Shown here in pieces: positions 43,135 to 55,939 of a stretch of DNA of 64,000 bases (positions are counted from its first letter, which is position 1; every line of letters begins with the position of its first letter). The notes under the pieces are model-generated. The model was not told the origin of the DNA, searched no databases, and saw nothing but the letters and a program-made list of their open reading frames with translations. Position numbers and translations under genes: made by a program. This DNA is from Eledone cirrhosa (Eukaryota), in NCBI GenBank assembly GCA_964016885.1, contig OZ024742.1:155434001-155498000 (forward strand). The letters are read 5' to 3'.

Positions 43135-46100
43135 TTTTCTTTATTAACCACAAGGGTTTACATAAAGTAGACATTAAGCACAGTACAGGACAATACAGGA
43201 CGGTACAAATGGGCATTTCTGCGTGTAAAAAACAGAGGATGAAATAAAGTAACAAAGTAAAATTAAACAATAGGGACATTTGTGGAGAAAGCCCATTAAA
43301 AGACCACAGTGACCCTGACCACCAGGGCAAGTGCCCTCTCCCAGTTTTCCACCCTTAATTTACAGACACATACTCAGAGAAGGCCCATTAATTCGGGCCA
43401 TACTTGCTTCTCTCACCCATCTTTCAACAAAATGCTTGGAAGAGAGCACTTCCCTCTCTACCCTGATTTTCCTTTTCAAATGAAATTTGAAAAGGTTAAT
43501 CAGGGCATCACCGAAGGGGTAAGTGCTCATCTTCAGCCCTTTCAAACGTGTCCACCATACTATCTCTTTCGCCATGGCCACCAGACAGATAAAAACTGCC
43601 TGCCCTTCCCGGCTAAAGGAAGAGGGCGGGGAAATCCTCACAATGGACTCAGCTGATAGCTGAATCCGTCCTACAAGTGACAGCAGGTGTTCGACATAAA
43701 CCCACAAGTCAGCAATGCTCGGACACTGGACGAGTGCGTGCAGGACGGTTTCTTCGCCCTGCGCGCATCTAGGACATGCCCGGCTGACGGCACCTCCATG
43801 CCTGTAGAGTTTATCCCGAACGAGCAAAGCTCCCCGGTAGCACTGCCAGGCCAAGGATTTCTGGAAGTTGTTCATAGGCCCCGGCCTGAAAGTCCTTCCT
43901 AAGAGATTGGCTAGTTGATTTTCGTCGACGCCTAGAGTTTCTCCAAGTACGTCGTCGCTCTTCCCCTCCACTAATCCCCTATAGAACGCCAAGGTGGAGT
44001 TTCCACCGATCACATTGCCCGACTGGTCGAGGGCTGTGAGCGCCTGAAAAAATTCCAGTCTCCAAGCGATCCCTCTCGGTCGTCGCTTGACCCAGGACTG
44101 CAGCTCCGTCAAGAAGACGAGCTGGGGAAAAACGTGACTAGCAAACGGCGACCACACCTGATCACAGTCGAGGAAGAGGTGGAGATGTCGTAGCCTGAGC
44201 GCGTGTCTGCGCATCATCAGCCACGGCATGCCCAGCCCTACACGTAGCGGGTGTTGACAGCAGATGGACCGCCTGACCATTGGAGCGCGTCCCTTCCACA
44301 AGAAGCGAAAGAGCAAACGCTCCAGCGCAGTCAGGCGGGGCTTAGGACAAGGTACGACCGTCAGGCGGGGCTTAGGACAAGGTACGACCGTCAGGCGGTA
44401 GTAGATGATGGACGTGATGTACGCATTCGCCATCTCCGCTCGACCTTTCAGGGATAGCTTCCTCTCGGCCCATTTCTGGGTGAGAGAAGCCACCCCGCTA
44501 GTCACCTCGTCCCAGTTTTTGTCCGTCTGGAGGTCTGGACCAAACCAGACCCCTAGCAATTTAACCGGTCCGTCCCTCCAGCGCCCGACGACGCTGTTGG
44601 ACGGCATGGACCTGCCTCTCCAGGTGCCGAGCTGCAGTCCCACTGACTTTTCCTGGTTGATCATTGCTCCTGTCAACGCTTCGTATTCTCTTAGTGTAGT
44701 GCCGATCGCCTCGATGTGTTTGGCGTTCGACACCACTACGGTGACATAGTCGGCATATGCTGACACGGATCTTCCGCATCCTAGTTCGCGCGGGACCACC
44801 CTCAACGTCTCCAGTTTGTGCAGTAATGGCTCAAGAGTCAATACGTACAATAGGGACGAGAGGGGACATCCTTGGTGGACCGAGCGCATGATGTTGAACG
44901 GTTCCGAAAGGTGACCGTTCACGCTCACTACAGAGCAGATGTCGCTGTGCATGGCAGCGATCCAGCCTCTGAAGACGGGCCCAAAGCCAGCCGCCCTCAG
45001 GACTGCCGCTAGGTAACGATGGTCGACCCTATCGAAGGCTTTCGACTGATCTAAATTGATCAAAGACCCACCCCTGCCACGTTCCCTAGCTACCCTCTCT
45101 ACGATGTATCGCATGAGGTGGAGCTTGTCGTGGATGGATATGTCGGGAATGGCGCATGTCTGTGCCTCTCCCACCAGACCACCAACGACAAGCGCCAACC
45201 TCTTTGCTAGCACCTTGGCCAAAATCTTGAATCTGTGTTTAGCAGAGTTATGGGCCTAAAATTATCTATGTTATCCCCCTTGTTCGGATCCTTTCTCAGC
45301 AGCGCCACCGCTTCTCGGCTCACAGAGCTTGGAATTCTCCCGTTCTGTTGCCAGTTGCAGTAGACGTCCGCCTAGAGGCCTCCGAACAAGTCTGGCATTT
45401 GTACGTAAAGTTCATAGGGCAGACCATCCAAACCAGGCGATTTACCCCTTGTGCAGCCAGTCATTGCCTCCCGTACTTCAGCGGTTGTTATCGGCTTTTC
45501 GCAACACTCCGCCGCAGTGGCCGAAAGCCGCGGCAGTCCGTCGAGGTAGACACTAAAGTCCATCCCTCGAACCGGCCCGCCACTGCTCCCGAACATTTGA
45601 GCGAAGTGTCGCTGAAAAGCTTCACACATTTGCCCGGGATCGTGTAGCATGCGCCCGTCGTGGTCCACCAAAGACAGGATCGTGGCTGTATTGCCACGAC
45701 GCGCCTCCGCCACTCGGGCCCATTGAACGGCTTTCGTCCCCTCGTGTCTGAGAGCACGCACCCTAGCTCTGACAACGCAGCCTTCGTGTTTTGCATTGAA
45801 GAATTGGTCAAGGGCCAATTTCGCCGCAAGAATGTCGGTCGCGATGCCTTTGCTAAGCGCCTCGTCTAATTTTCTAACTAATTCTCCCTCTGCTCTATTT
45901 TTCTCTATTGCTAAAGTCTTACTAAACCTAATGGACTCTATTCTAATTGCTCTTTTCAGAGCAAAGCACCACTTGTTGTTGACGATGGCCCCCGTCAACG
46001 CCCGCTTAACTAGTTCGCTAATCCGGTCCCTGTAGGCCTCGCGCGCTGGTAAGGACGCGTTTAGCTTCCAGTAGCCGGGTCCTCGTCTATGAAGCCTATC

Positions 46101-46250
46101 TAAGTCAAGCACACAGATCACGAATTTGTGGTCCGTGTAGCTGACTATCTTGAATTGTGGACAGCCTATGCTAGACCTATCTATTTCCCTACAAAATACT
46201 CTATCTAGATATGATCTGGATGACCCTATGCGATTTGTCCAAGTCCATGT
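43134..46250 (-). mobile_element. Tx1/L1-like LINE, 3' half (end of APE, RT, cysteine motif, 3'UTR)
   Basis: WTWTNRIGSSRSYLDRV, PGYWKLN, KSPGLDGLPYELY, LDQSKAFDRVDH, QGCPLS, AYADYV, CPRC..EETVLHALVQC. Frameshifts, and a 30-bp internal duplication near 44320-44397. Confidence 0.92.
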
Positions 46251-46753
46251 TTTGCCATGTCCATTAACAAGACACAAGGGCAAACATTGTCGGTGGCGGG
46301 AATCCATTTAGAGGAACCATGCTTCTCCCATGGTTAACTTTATGTTGCCTGTTCCCACGTAGGGAGCAGGAATGCACTTTTCGCTTACACTCCTCAAGGG
46401 ATGACACGCAATATCGTCTACAAAGAGGTGCTATAGATGTTGGTGCAGGTGTTGGAGGTGTTGGAGCTAAGCCGTCTGGAAAACTATTTCCTGGTAGGGT
46501 CACCCATGGCAAACATACGTGACACCCGGTGTCATCAGATCCAACATCTTGCAAATTTGGTCTACTAAAATTCGCTATTGGAAGATTATTAACCCCTCAT
46601 TGATTTTCCAAAATGCTAATTGGTTCGTAACTGTTAATAACCGTTTCAACTGCTTTATACATTTAATTGATAAGTGTATTCGCCACGATTAGCTGTACGT
46701 AACTTTTTCCTAGCAAATGAATAAACCCGAGCAACGCAGGGCTAAACTGCTAA
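46251..46753 (+). mobile_element. Helitron 3' part (PIF1 helicase C-terminus and 3' hairpin)
   Basis: FAMSINKTQGQTLSVAGIHLEEPCFSHG*LYVACSHVG...TRNIVYKEVL*. Subterminal cccgagcaacgcaggg hairpin followed by ctaa (CTRR). Confidence 0.88.
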
Positions 46754-46914
46754 TATGTGTATATATTTATATGTAAAGTGGTAGACAATTTTATAGATTG
46801 ATTGCAAAATACATATATATATATATATAGATATATATGTGTGCATTAATATACAAGACACCCTGTGATACACTAACACACATACACACACACAAACACA
46901 CACACACACACACG

Positions 46915-46979
<65 letters not shown>

Positions 46980-47045
46980 TTATTTATTTATATATATATA
47001 TGTATATATGTATGTGTGTGTGTGTGTGTGTATATATAAATGTAC

Positions 47046-47127
<82 letters not shown>

Positions 47128-47348
47128 TCATCATCATCATCATTTCATTTTACGTTCGCTTTTTCCCTGCTTGCAAGGGTGGACGGGAACTGATTCTGGC
47201 TTGATATCTACAGCTGGATGCCCTTCCTAACACCAACCTCATTTACCCTAATATATATATATATATATATATTAGGGTAAATATTGATGCAATTCAATTC
47301 AAGCACTCAACGTATTTTTTCCACATAGGAGTGACGGAGTAAATATCG

Positions 47349-47650
47349 AATAAGGAAAAGCGAAGTAGTTTCAGATGTTCAAGTCCTTTAATAATAATGA
47401 TGTGATATATATTTCAGTGACGACACGTTTCCAAGGGAGCGGATGAAAAACCCCAAAACACGCAATTCATCTGTTCCCTTGTCGATGCAAGTTGGATTGC
47501 CTCGAAAACCTAACCTTATTATGTAACAAGCTGTCTGATGATGACACGACACTCGCACACAGAACAGTGTGGACAGTGTCGTCACTGAAATATATATCAC
47601 ACCATTATTATTAAAGGACTTGAACATCTGAAACTACTTCGCTTTCCCTT

Positions 47651-47654
<4 letters not shown>
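47349..47654. mobile_element. Family M inverted HHR element
   Basis: Arms 47349-47427 and 47576-47654; right end runs into (TA)n. Confidence 0.8.
47532..47601 (+). ncRNA. Hammerhead ribozyme (family M)
   Basis: tgt-CTGATGA-tgaca cgacact...agtgtcg tcact-GAAA-tatata-TC-aca. Confidence 0.7.
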
Positions 47655-47733
<79 letters not shown>

Positions 47734-47748
47734 AGATTACCTCTACAG

Positions 47749-48292
47749 CAGGGTTTCCCAACCAGGGCGATTTCAACTATCGGGTGCGCAATGAACGAAT
47801 TTTTAGGAAATGGCGGGCTATCTAAAATGTTGGTGGCCGACAAACGAGTTTCGGTAATTAAGTATGTTATTGATCAATTAATGGCCGGTATGCTCTAATC
47901 ACAGAGCTTGGATTCACTCATCCCTAGTCTAGGCTAAGGAAGTACTATCCAGCTGTATGACTGTAATTCATCTGTTTTCAACTGATTTTCAACTCAAGGA
48001 TCACACTGAAAACTAAACATGGTGATTTTGTTCAACATTTAATACATGTATCATTTTTCAATTTTCTTTCATTGAGAGACATTTAGCAATCAAAAACTTC
48101 ATTCTTCTGAATAACGTTTCAACACCGAATGCCGATTTTGCAATATTTCATCTCAATAAATATTTCATCTTTTAAGCAGCCGTTCTAAATAATGCTTTAT
48201 TTTTGCGTCCTTAAAATTACTGCACAGGTGGGCGATTGGACTATTTTGTGTGGAAAAGTGGGCGACAACGACAAAAAGGTTGGGAACCACTG
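47749..48292. mobile_element. Non-autonomous hAT DNA transposon
   Basis: TIRs cagggtttcccaacc / ggttgggaaccactg; perfect 8-bp TSD ctctacag at 47741-47748 and 48293-48300. Confidence 0.9.
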
Positions 48293-48318
48293 CTCTACAG
48301 TAACAATTACTGCGATGT

Positions 48319-48358
<40 letters not shown>

Positions 48359-49363
48359 AACTACTACTGCTGCAGCTGTAAGTGCATCACGGTTGATTCC
48401 AATCCCATTGCCACTGTTGTTGCTACTACTATATCTCACTTACTATCAGACATTCTCTAGTAGTATTTTTTGCTGGCAGGCTTAGGCTAGATTTCTTGTC
48501 AGACTATCACACAAGAACAGCGAGAGCCTTAAAACGCATTGTTATTAGTCCCATAAAAGTCATAAAATGTGTAGAAATTAACCCCTTACTTAGAAAGTGA
48601 ATCCTCCAACTACAAAACACTGACCATTTTGCCGACAACATACACTAAAACTTCTAATTTAAAGGTAAAATTAACATTTAACCAAAATGGGAATTTATGA
48701 AGAAGTTGTGTAAAAATTAACCAATAGGATTAAATGAGCACACCACATCAAGTAATGCTAGCTAGAGAGTGTTATACTGTTTCTCTGTCAGCTAGGACTT
48801 GGAGGAGTAATAGTAAAACCTGCTACAGAGATATCAGACGTTGAACAAATTTCTGATGAGGTCGCATATAACAGCAACAAAGTAGGGACAAGAAATAAAA
48901 TCCAAATACACTGAAATAATTATTATTACCACACACTCAAATACACACACACACACACACACACACATAGACACTCAGGCACACACACACACGCGCACAC
49001 ACACACACGCACACACACACACACACACACGCGCGCGCGCACACACACACACACACACATATATATACATATATATGAAATGGACGAAGTGTTAAAGTTT
49101 CATTATATTTATTGAGATGTGACGCACGGTACGCGATTGATTAGTTCAAAGTTCGATCTGTATCAAATCGAGCCCGAATCTGGAATCAAAAGTACATGGG
49201 ACTTCTGTCAGACATAATAATGTAAGGACAATTTAACACCTCGTGATTTTATTCTTTTTATTATCATGATGTGCTTAGTACATCAACTTACCTACTGGAG
49301 TCTAAGCATCGCGTCCTCACATTGGGGATGTTACAATCCCTAACCTATATATATATAGACACG

Positions 49364-49432
<69 letters not shown>

Positions 49433-49599
49433 ACACACGCACCCCCACCCACCCCCACACACACACACACTTATATATATATATAATAAGTTTTAATATG
49501 GAAACAATTCTACAAGACTAGAACTATTTCATTTGTGGGAAATCATCAGGAATCTGGCTGTCCAAGTAAATATGGTGGAGGGTGGGGAGTGGGATGGGT

Positions 49600-49955
49600 G
49601 GAGGTCGTTTGTTGAAAGACAGGGGAATTCATTAAAAGCTAATTCTTTAAAGCTATAATTTATATTTAGAATTACAAAGGCAGAAATAATTCTCTAAACA
49701 AGTTCAAATAGGAGTGCACTCAATATTTTAAAGTTTCTCTTACGCTAACAATACCTCTATTTCAGGTGCGTATAAGATGGTTGGAGGTCAGTCATGGTTG
49801 ATGGGTTTAAAGAAAGGGGAATTATGTAACAGCTAATTCTTTAAAGCTTTACTTAGAGTGACAAATCCAGAAAGAATTCTATAAATAGGTTCAAATTATA
49901 GGTGCCTCCCCTTATTGTCAAGTTTATCTTAAACTATATTTCAGGTATCTACAAG
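49600..49955. repeat. Diverged ~185-bp tandem duplication
   Basis: ggaggtc..aggggaatt..agctaattctttaaagct..tatttcaggt occurs twice. Confidence 0.65.
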
Positions 49956-49999
49956 CACATTCACACTCACACACAGGTAAATATACATATCTATATATA

Positions 50000-50282
50000 T
50001 TAGAATTGGTGCTCTGAAATAGGGATATATATATGAATGTATATATAGTGTATTTTGCAATACACTGTATGCTTAATTAAAAGCATTTTGAAGAAATTAC
50101 GCTATTGTTTTAGAATAGTGACAATCTCACTTACTTTACATTTTCAGCAAACAAGGGGAGGTAAAGCTGACGGAGCTCTGTTTCGTACTAGTTGGTACTT
50201 ATCAAAGCTAAGTACTCCACCTGTTTGCTCAAAATTATGAATGCTTGATTCTTATAGAATCTTCAAAGTGCTTTTAATTAAG
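50000..50282 (-). mobile_element. Family E HHR element
   Basis: Reverse-complement similarity to 14937-15292, including the tail ctatttcagagcaccaat. Confidence 0.75.
50165..50209 (-). ncRNA. Type I hammerhead (family E), U3-A8 core variant
   Basis: Minus strand: agct-TTGATAA-gtac caacta gtac-GAAA-ca gagctc cg-TC-agct. Confidence 0.8.
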
Positions 50283-50294
50283 CCGAGGGTTACT

Positions 50295-52053
50295 CGAGGC
50301 GAAAACCACACAAAAGACCACGGCCAACATGACCACCAGGGCAAGCACCCTCTCTCAATGTTTCCATTCCTCAAACTACAAGCGTATATTCAGAGCGGTC
50401 CCGTTCACTCGGACTATTCTCGCTACATTCACCCACCTTTCAACAAACTTGCTAGAAGGCAGCATTTGCCTCTCCACCCTGATTTTGCTCTTCAAGTGAA
50501 ACTTGAAAAGGTTAATCAGGGATTCGCCGTAGAGGAAAGTACCTGTCTTTAACACTTTCAAGCTTGTCCACCACACAATCTATTTCGCCAGAGCCACCAG
50601 ACAGATGAAAATCGCCTGGACTCAGTCGATAACCGGATCAGTCCTACACGCAACAGCAACTGTTAGACATAGCTCCACAAGTCAGCAATTCTCGAGCACT
50701 GAACGAGTGCGTGCACCACGGTTTCGTCGCTCTGCGCGGATCTCGGACAGGCTCGGCTGACAGCACTTACGTTCCTGTAGAGCTTATCTCGAACCGGCAA
50801 CGCTCCCCGCTAACACTGACAGGCCAGGGATTTTTGGAAGTTATCCATAGGCCATGGGCTGAAAGTCCTCCGGAAGAGAGCAAACAGCTGATGCTCTTCG
50901 ACGCCCAGGATCTCTCCGAGATCGTCATTGCTCTTCTCGTCCACTAGTCCTCTATAGAACGCTGAGGTGGATGTTCCACCGACAGTGGTGCCAAGCTGGC
51001 AGAGGGCGGTGAGCGCCTGGAGACATTCCAGTTTCCCAGCGCTATCCCTCGGTCTTTTTCTGACCCAGGACTGCAGCTCCGTCAAGGGGACGAGCTGTGG
51101 GAAAAGGTGCCTGGCGAACGGCGACCACACCTTTTCACCGTCAAGGAAGCACCAGAGATGCCGCAGCCTCAGCGCATGTTTTCGCCACATCAGCAATGGA
51201 ATGACCAGTCCTCCACGCAACGGGTGTTGACAGTAGATGGATCGTCTGACCATGGGAGCGCGTCCCTTCCACAAAAAAGCAGAAGAGGAGGCACTCTATA
51301 TTGGTGAGAGTTGGGCTGGAGCAAGGGACGACGGTGAGGCGGTAGCAGATGACGGATGAGATGTACGCATTCACCACCTTCGCACGGGCTTTCAGGGACA
51401 GCCTCCTCTTGGCCCATTTCTGGGTGAGGGAGGCCACCCTGCTAGTTCCAGTTTTTCTCCATATGCAGGTCCGGTCCGAACCAGACCCCGAGCAATTTAA
51501 CCGGGCCGTCCGTCCAAAGGACGGCATGGACTTGCACTCCAGATACCGAGCTGAAAGCCCACCAACTTTTGCTGCTTGAACTTTGCTCCTGTGACCGCTT
51601 CGTGTTCCTTGAGAGCGGTGCCGAGCATCTGGACGTGGCTGGTGCACGGCACCACCGCGGTGATGTCGTCGGCGTAAGCCGACTCGGATTTCCCGCCACC
51701 TAGTTCGCGTGGGACGCCCCTCATCGCCCCCAGTTTGTGCAGTAACGGCTTGATAGCTAATACGTACAAGAGGGACGAGAGGGGACAACCATGGAGGACT
51801 GAGCGGATGCTGCTGAACGGCTGCGAAAGGTGACCATTCACCCTGACAACTGAGCAGATGTGCTGTACATCGCAGCGATCCAACCCGTGAAAACGTGCTT
51901 TAAACCGGCTGCCTCGAGGACCGCCGCCAGGAATCGATGATCGACCCTATCGAATGCTTTGGATTGATCCAATTTGATCAGGGCCCCACACGTGCCAGGT
52001 TCCTTAACAACCACCCTCTCTATGATGTATCTCTATGATGTATCGCATGAGGT
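50295..52053 (-). mobile_element. Second, more degenerate Tx1/L1-like LINE (RT to 3' end)
   Basis: HGCPLS, SAYADDIT, WKGRAPMVRRS, LINLFKFHLK; homologous to 43300-45130. Confidence 0.9.
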
Positions 52054-52146
52054 GGAGGTGTCGTGTATGGGTCTGTCCGGAGGTGTCGTGTATGGGTCTG
52101 TCCGGAGGTGTCGTGTATGGGTCTGTCCGGAGGTGTCGTGTATGGA
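52054..52146. repeat. 25-bp tandem repeat (~3.7 copies) at the Tx1/R4 junction
   Basis: (ggaggtgtcgtgtatgggtctgtcc)n. Confidence 0.9.
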
Positions 52147-55100
52147 TCTATGCAATGCTACCTGAAGAGTAACCCCAAGGAGAAAGGCTATAGGAAACGG
52201 ATCCATAACACCTGGAACGAGATTGGTCTATTTAAATTAGATGAACAAAATTTGGCCGGGCAGGCTCGGGTAATAAGAACTAATGGGTGGATAAGCGAGC
52301 TGGAACTGGAGGAACTGAGCAGAGAGATTAGGTTTGAAATGGAGAGTGGAGTATGCCAGGCAAACGAGCCAGTGGGAAATGAAGGTGAAGATGTTGAGAG
52401 AACGGAGGAACCATCCGAAGCAGACAATGATCTGAATGCCGAAATAAATAATACCTGGAACAAAGATACGGCCATTGAGGAGATGAATGCTGACGGTCTA
52501 GAATAAGATTTGGTTGATATACTAAACTTAGGAGTAGATGTATTGAACAATGATAGTGGGAAACCTATGAACCTAAGATTTATAGGCAAGAGAAAGTTAA
52601 AAGTAACAACAGCTAAGGTAAACAAATTCATCTCATAGCTTTATGCGAGGAGCCTTCACCAGTGCGACAATATCCTCAAAGCAATAGCAAATGCGATGAG
52701 GAAATTACTTGGCATAAAAACGAGAGGAAACAACAAACAAGAAATATCAGAACCTTGATGGAAGAAACGACTGAATGGTCAAATCTGGGAAATGAGAAAT
52801 GACATGGGAAAGCTTGAGTCCCTACTGAATGGGACACTAAAAAACATATATACTAAAAATAGACTGGAAATAAAGTACAAAACTAGGAGGAAAAAGCTAA
52901 ATATGATCATAGAGGAACTGAAGCAACGCATTGTTGCAAAGAGTGCAAAATTTAGGCGATACGAGAGCAGCGTCAGTCAGTATAGACAGAACCGCATGTT
53001 TGACAACAACCAGAAGATGTTGTTTGGACAGCTTGTAGGGAAAGAAAGAGGCAACGACTTGATCCCTGAGGCGGAACAAACTAAGACATTCTGGAGAGGA
53101 ATATGGGAGCAGGATGTTAAACATAATGACCAGGCAGTGTGGATTGAGACAGTACAAAAGGAGATTAGTGAACAGGCACACCAACAAACTGATTTGAGTA
53201 TCACAGATGAAACTCTTAAGGGGCAGGCCAGAAAACTAACCAACTGGAAATCACCAGGCCCAGATGTTGTGCAGGGGTATTGGATACAAATATAACATCC
53301 CTCCATCCGAAACTGACAACCAAGTTCAATGACTGCTTGATGTTAGGTGAGGTACCAGAGTGGTTGACAAAAGGTACCACAGTTCTGGTAATGAAAGACC
53401 GAATCAAGGGTTACCAACTATAGACCTATCACATGTCTGTTCGTAATGTGGAAACTGTTGACAAGCATTATGTCTGAGGAAATCTACCATTACCTCCACA
53501 CAAACAACTTGTTACCGGACGAACAGAAAGGATGCCGAAAGAAGTCCCGTGGTACAAAGGACAAGTTACTTATTGATAAGATAGTAATGAGGAATTGCAA
53601 GAGGAGACACACTGGTCTTGCCATGGCATGGATAGACTACAAAAAGGCATTTGACATGGTGCCTCATTCTTGGATCACCAAAAGACTAGAGATTTTCAAG
53701 GTGGCAGATAACATCAGACAGTTGTTGGGCAAAAGTATGAAGTCCTGGAAAACAGAGTTAACCTCAGCTGGAGAATCCTTGGGAGGCGTGAAGATCAAGA
53801 GAGGTATCTTCCAGGGAGATAGTCTGTCTCCTCTGTTGTTTATCCTTGCCCTGATGCCCCTGACCATTATACTGCGAAAAGTGAGAGCAGGATACAAGTT
53901 GGGAAAGGGAGAGCTTACCATCAATCACCTCCTCTTCATGGACGATCTTAAGCTCTTCGGGAAGAGTGAGAAGGAGTTGGATGTGCTTGTTGACACTGTA
54001 CGTATTTTCAGCAATGATATATGTATGCAATTTGGTATTAGTAAGTGTGGTGTCCTTGTGATGAAGAGGGGTAAATTGAGCAGAAGCAACGGAATCCAGA
54101 TACCAACAGGTGAGATTATAAAGGAAAGTGACACAGAAGAAGGATACAAGTATTTGGGTGTATGACATCAAGAACAAAATGATGAAGGAATTGATAAGAT
54201 CTGAATACATTCGGAGAGTAGGGAACGTATTAAAGTCACATCTGAACAGTAGGAATGCCATACGTGCAGTAAATTCCCGAGCTGTGTCTATTATTAGGTA
54301 TATTGCGGGAATTCTGAGATGGAATGCTGCTGAACAAAAATAAATGGATAGGAAGACTAGGAAGCTATTGACTATCTACAATATGTTCCACAAGAGGAGT
54401 GATGTCGATAGACTCTACTTAAGGAGATCTGAAGGTGGAAGAGGTCTTATCAGCATAGATAACTTTGTTCAGATGGAGAAAAACAACCTACACAAATACG
54501 TGACCGATAGTAAGGAGCCAATGCTCAGAATTGTACTGAAGGGGATGTCCAAGGAGGAAATAACAAGGAGAAAGAGCAGCCTTCATGAAAAATCCCTTTA
54601 TAGTACCTTCTTTGAGAACACGGATTTCAGAGATCCACAGATATGGAACTAGTTGAAAAGAGGAGACCTTAAAAAGTCTACAGAAGGAATGCTAATGGCT
54701 GCGCAAGATCAGGCCCTCAAAACGAAGTGGCTGAAACACCATATTTACAAGGAGGAGGCTAGCCCACTGTGGAGGATCTGTGGAGAGAGAGAGGAGTATG
54801 TGGCTCACATCGTATCTGAGTGTAAACACCTAGCCCAGACTCACTATAAAGGCTGGAGACATGATGTGATGGGCAGGGTGATCCACTGGCACCTATGCAA
54901 AGTAAACAATTTACCACATTCTGAGAAGTGGTATGAACATAAGCCAGAGTGATCAGGTGAAGGTGCTGTGGGATTTTAGGATACAGACGGACAAGAAACT
55001 GGAACACAATAGACCTGATCTGGTGGTTTTGCACAAGGAAAAAAGATCGTGTCTGATTGTGGATGTGGCCTGCCCATTCAACACGAGTGTGCAAGAGTAG

Positions 55101-55405
55101 GAGAGGGAGAAAATTAAACCATGGCTTAAAGTGGGAGGTAAAGAGGATTTGGAACTGCCATGATCTCAAAGTGTCATAGGTGCACTAGGTAATATCTCAA
55201 GGAGTTTCCAGTGATGGTTAAAGAAGATTAGTCCAGCCCCGCTTTTTGGAACACTTCAAAAGGCATGCTTGCTGGGAACAGCAAGAACCCTCCGATACTT
55301 CCTGAATATCTGAGGCTGCAGGTAGCAGCTTGATATTCATTTTTCAACATATTTTCCAGTTAAATAACATCAATGACAGAGACTCAAAGAACAATAATAA
55401 TAATA
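52140..55405 (+). mobile_element. R4/Dong-like RLE non-LTR retrotransposon (pseudogenised)
   Basis: [106 protein letters not shown]; ends in (AAT)n. Confidence 0.92.
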
Positions 55406-55421
55406 TACATATATATATATA

Positions 55422-55714
55422 TAACATTGAAAAAGTGAATAATCACAAGGTCAACAGAAAAAAAAGGGGATTTATTTGCAGTCTGACAATTGTTTCACTG
55501 ATTAAGTTGTCTAAAAATTGCTGAACACTAGAAGCAGTGCCACTAAATTTCCAATACGATGTTATCTTATATCGTATTTGAAATTGAGTGGCACTGCTTC
55601 TAGTGTTCAGCAATGTTTAGACAGCTTAATCAGTGAAACAATTGTCAGACTGTAAATGAATCCCTTTTTGGGGGAGTACTCTTGACCATGTCATTCTTCA
55701 CTTTTTTCAATTTT
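55422..55714. mobile_element. Family O inverted element
   Basis: Arms about 55422-55560 and 55571-55714; each has the HHR 3' half GAAA-caattg-TC-agactg. Confidence 0.8.
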
Positions 55715-55939
55715 ATTACTCCAAGATAAAGTTACATAGGAATACAAGTGAAATCATAAACTCGCCACCTACGTAAACCTCTTGTTGAGTCAAACAACGT
55801 CGTATGCTAAAACTATTAAACTATCAACGCCGTATGGTAAAACTATCCATAATAAGAAGTATTCCCAACCTCTAACTAGATTACCTATAACGAAATTTTG
55901 TTATCCCTTGTATATATATATATATATATATATATCTAT

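Noticed and set aside
48862-48905. Isolated ctgatga with a downstream gaaa
   Set aside because: No stem II or stem I pairing; likely chance.
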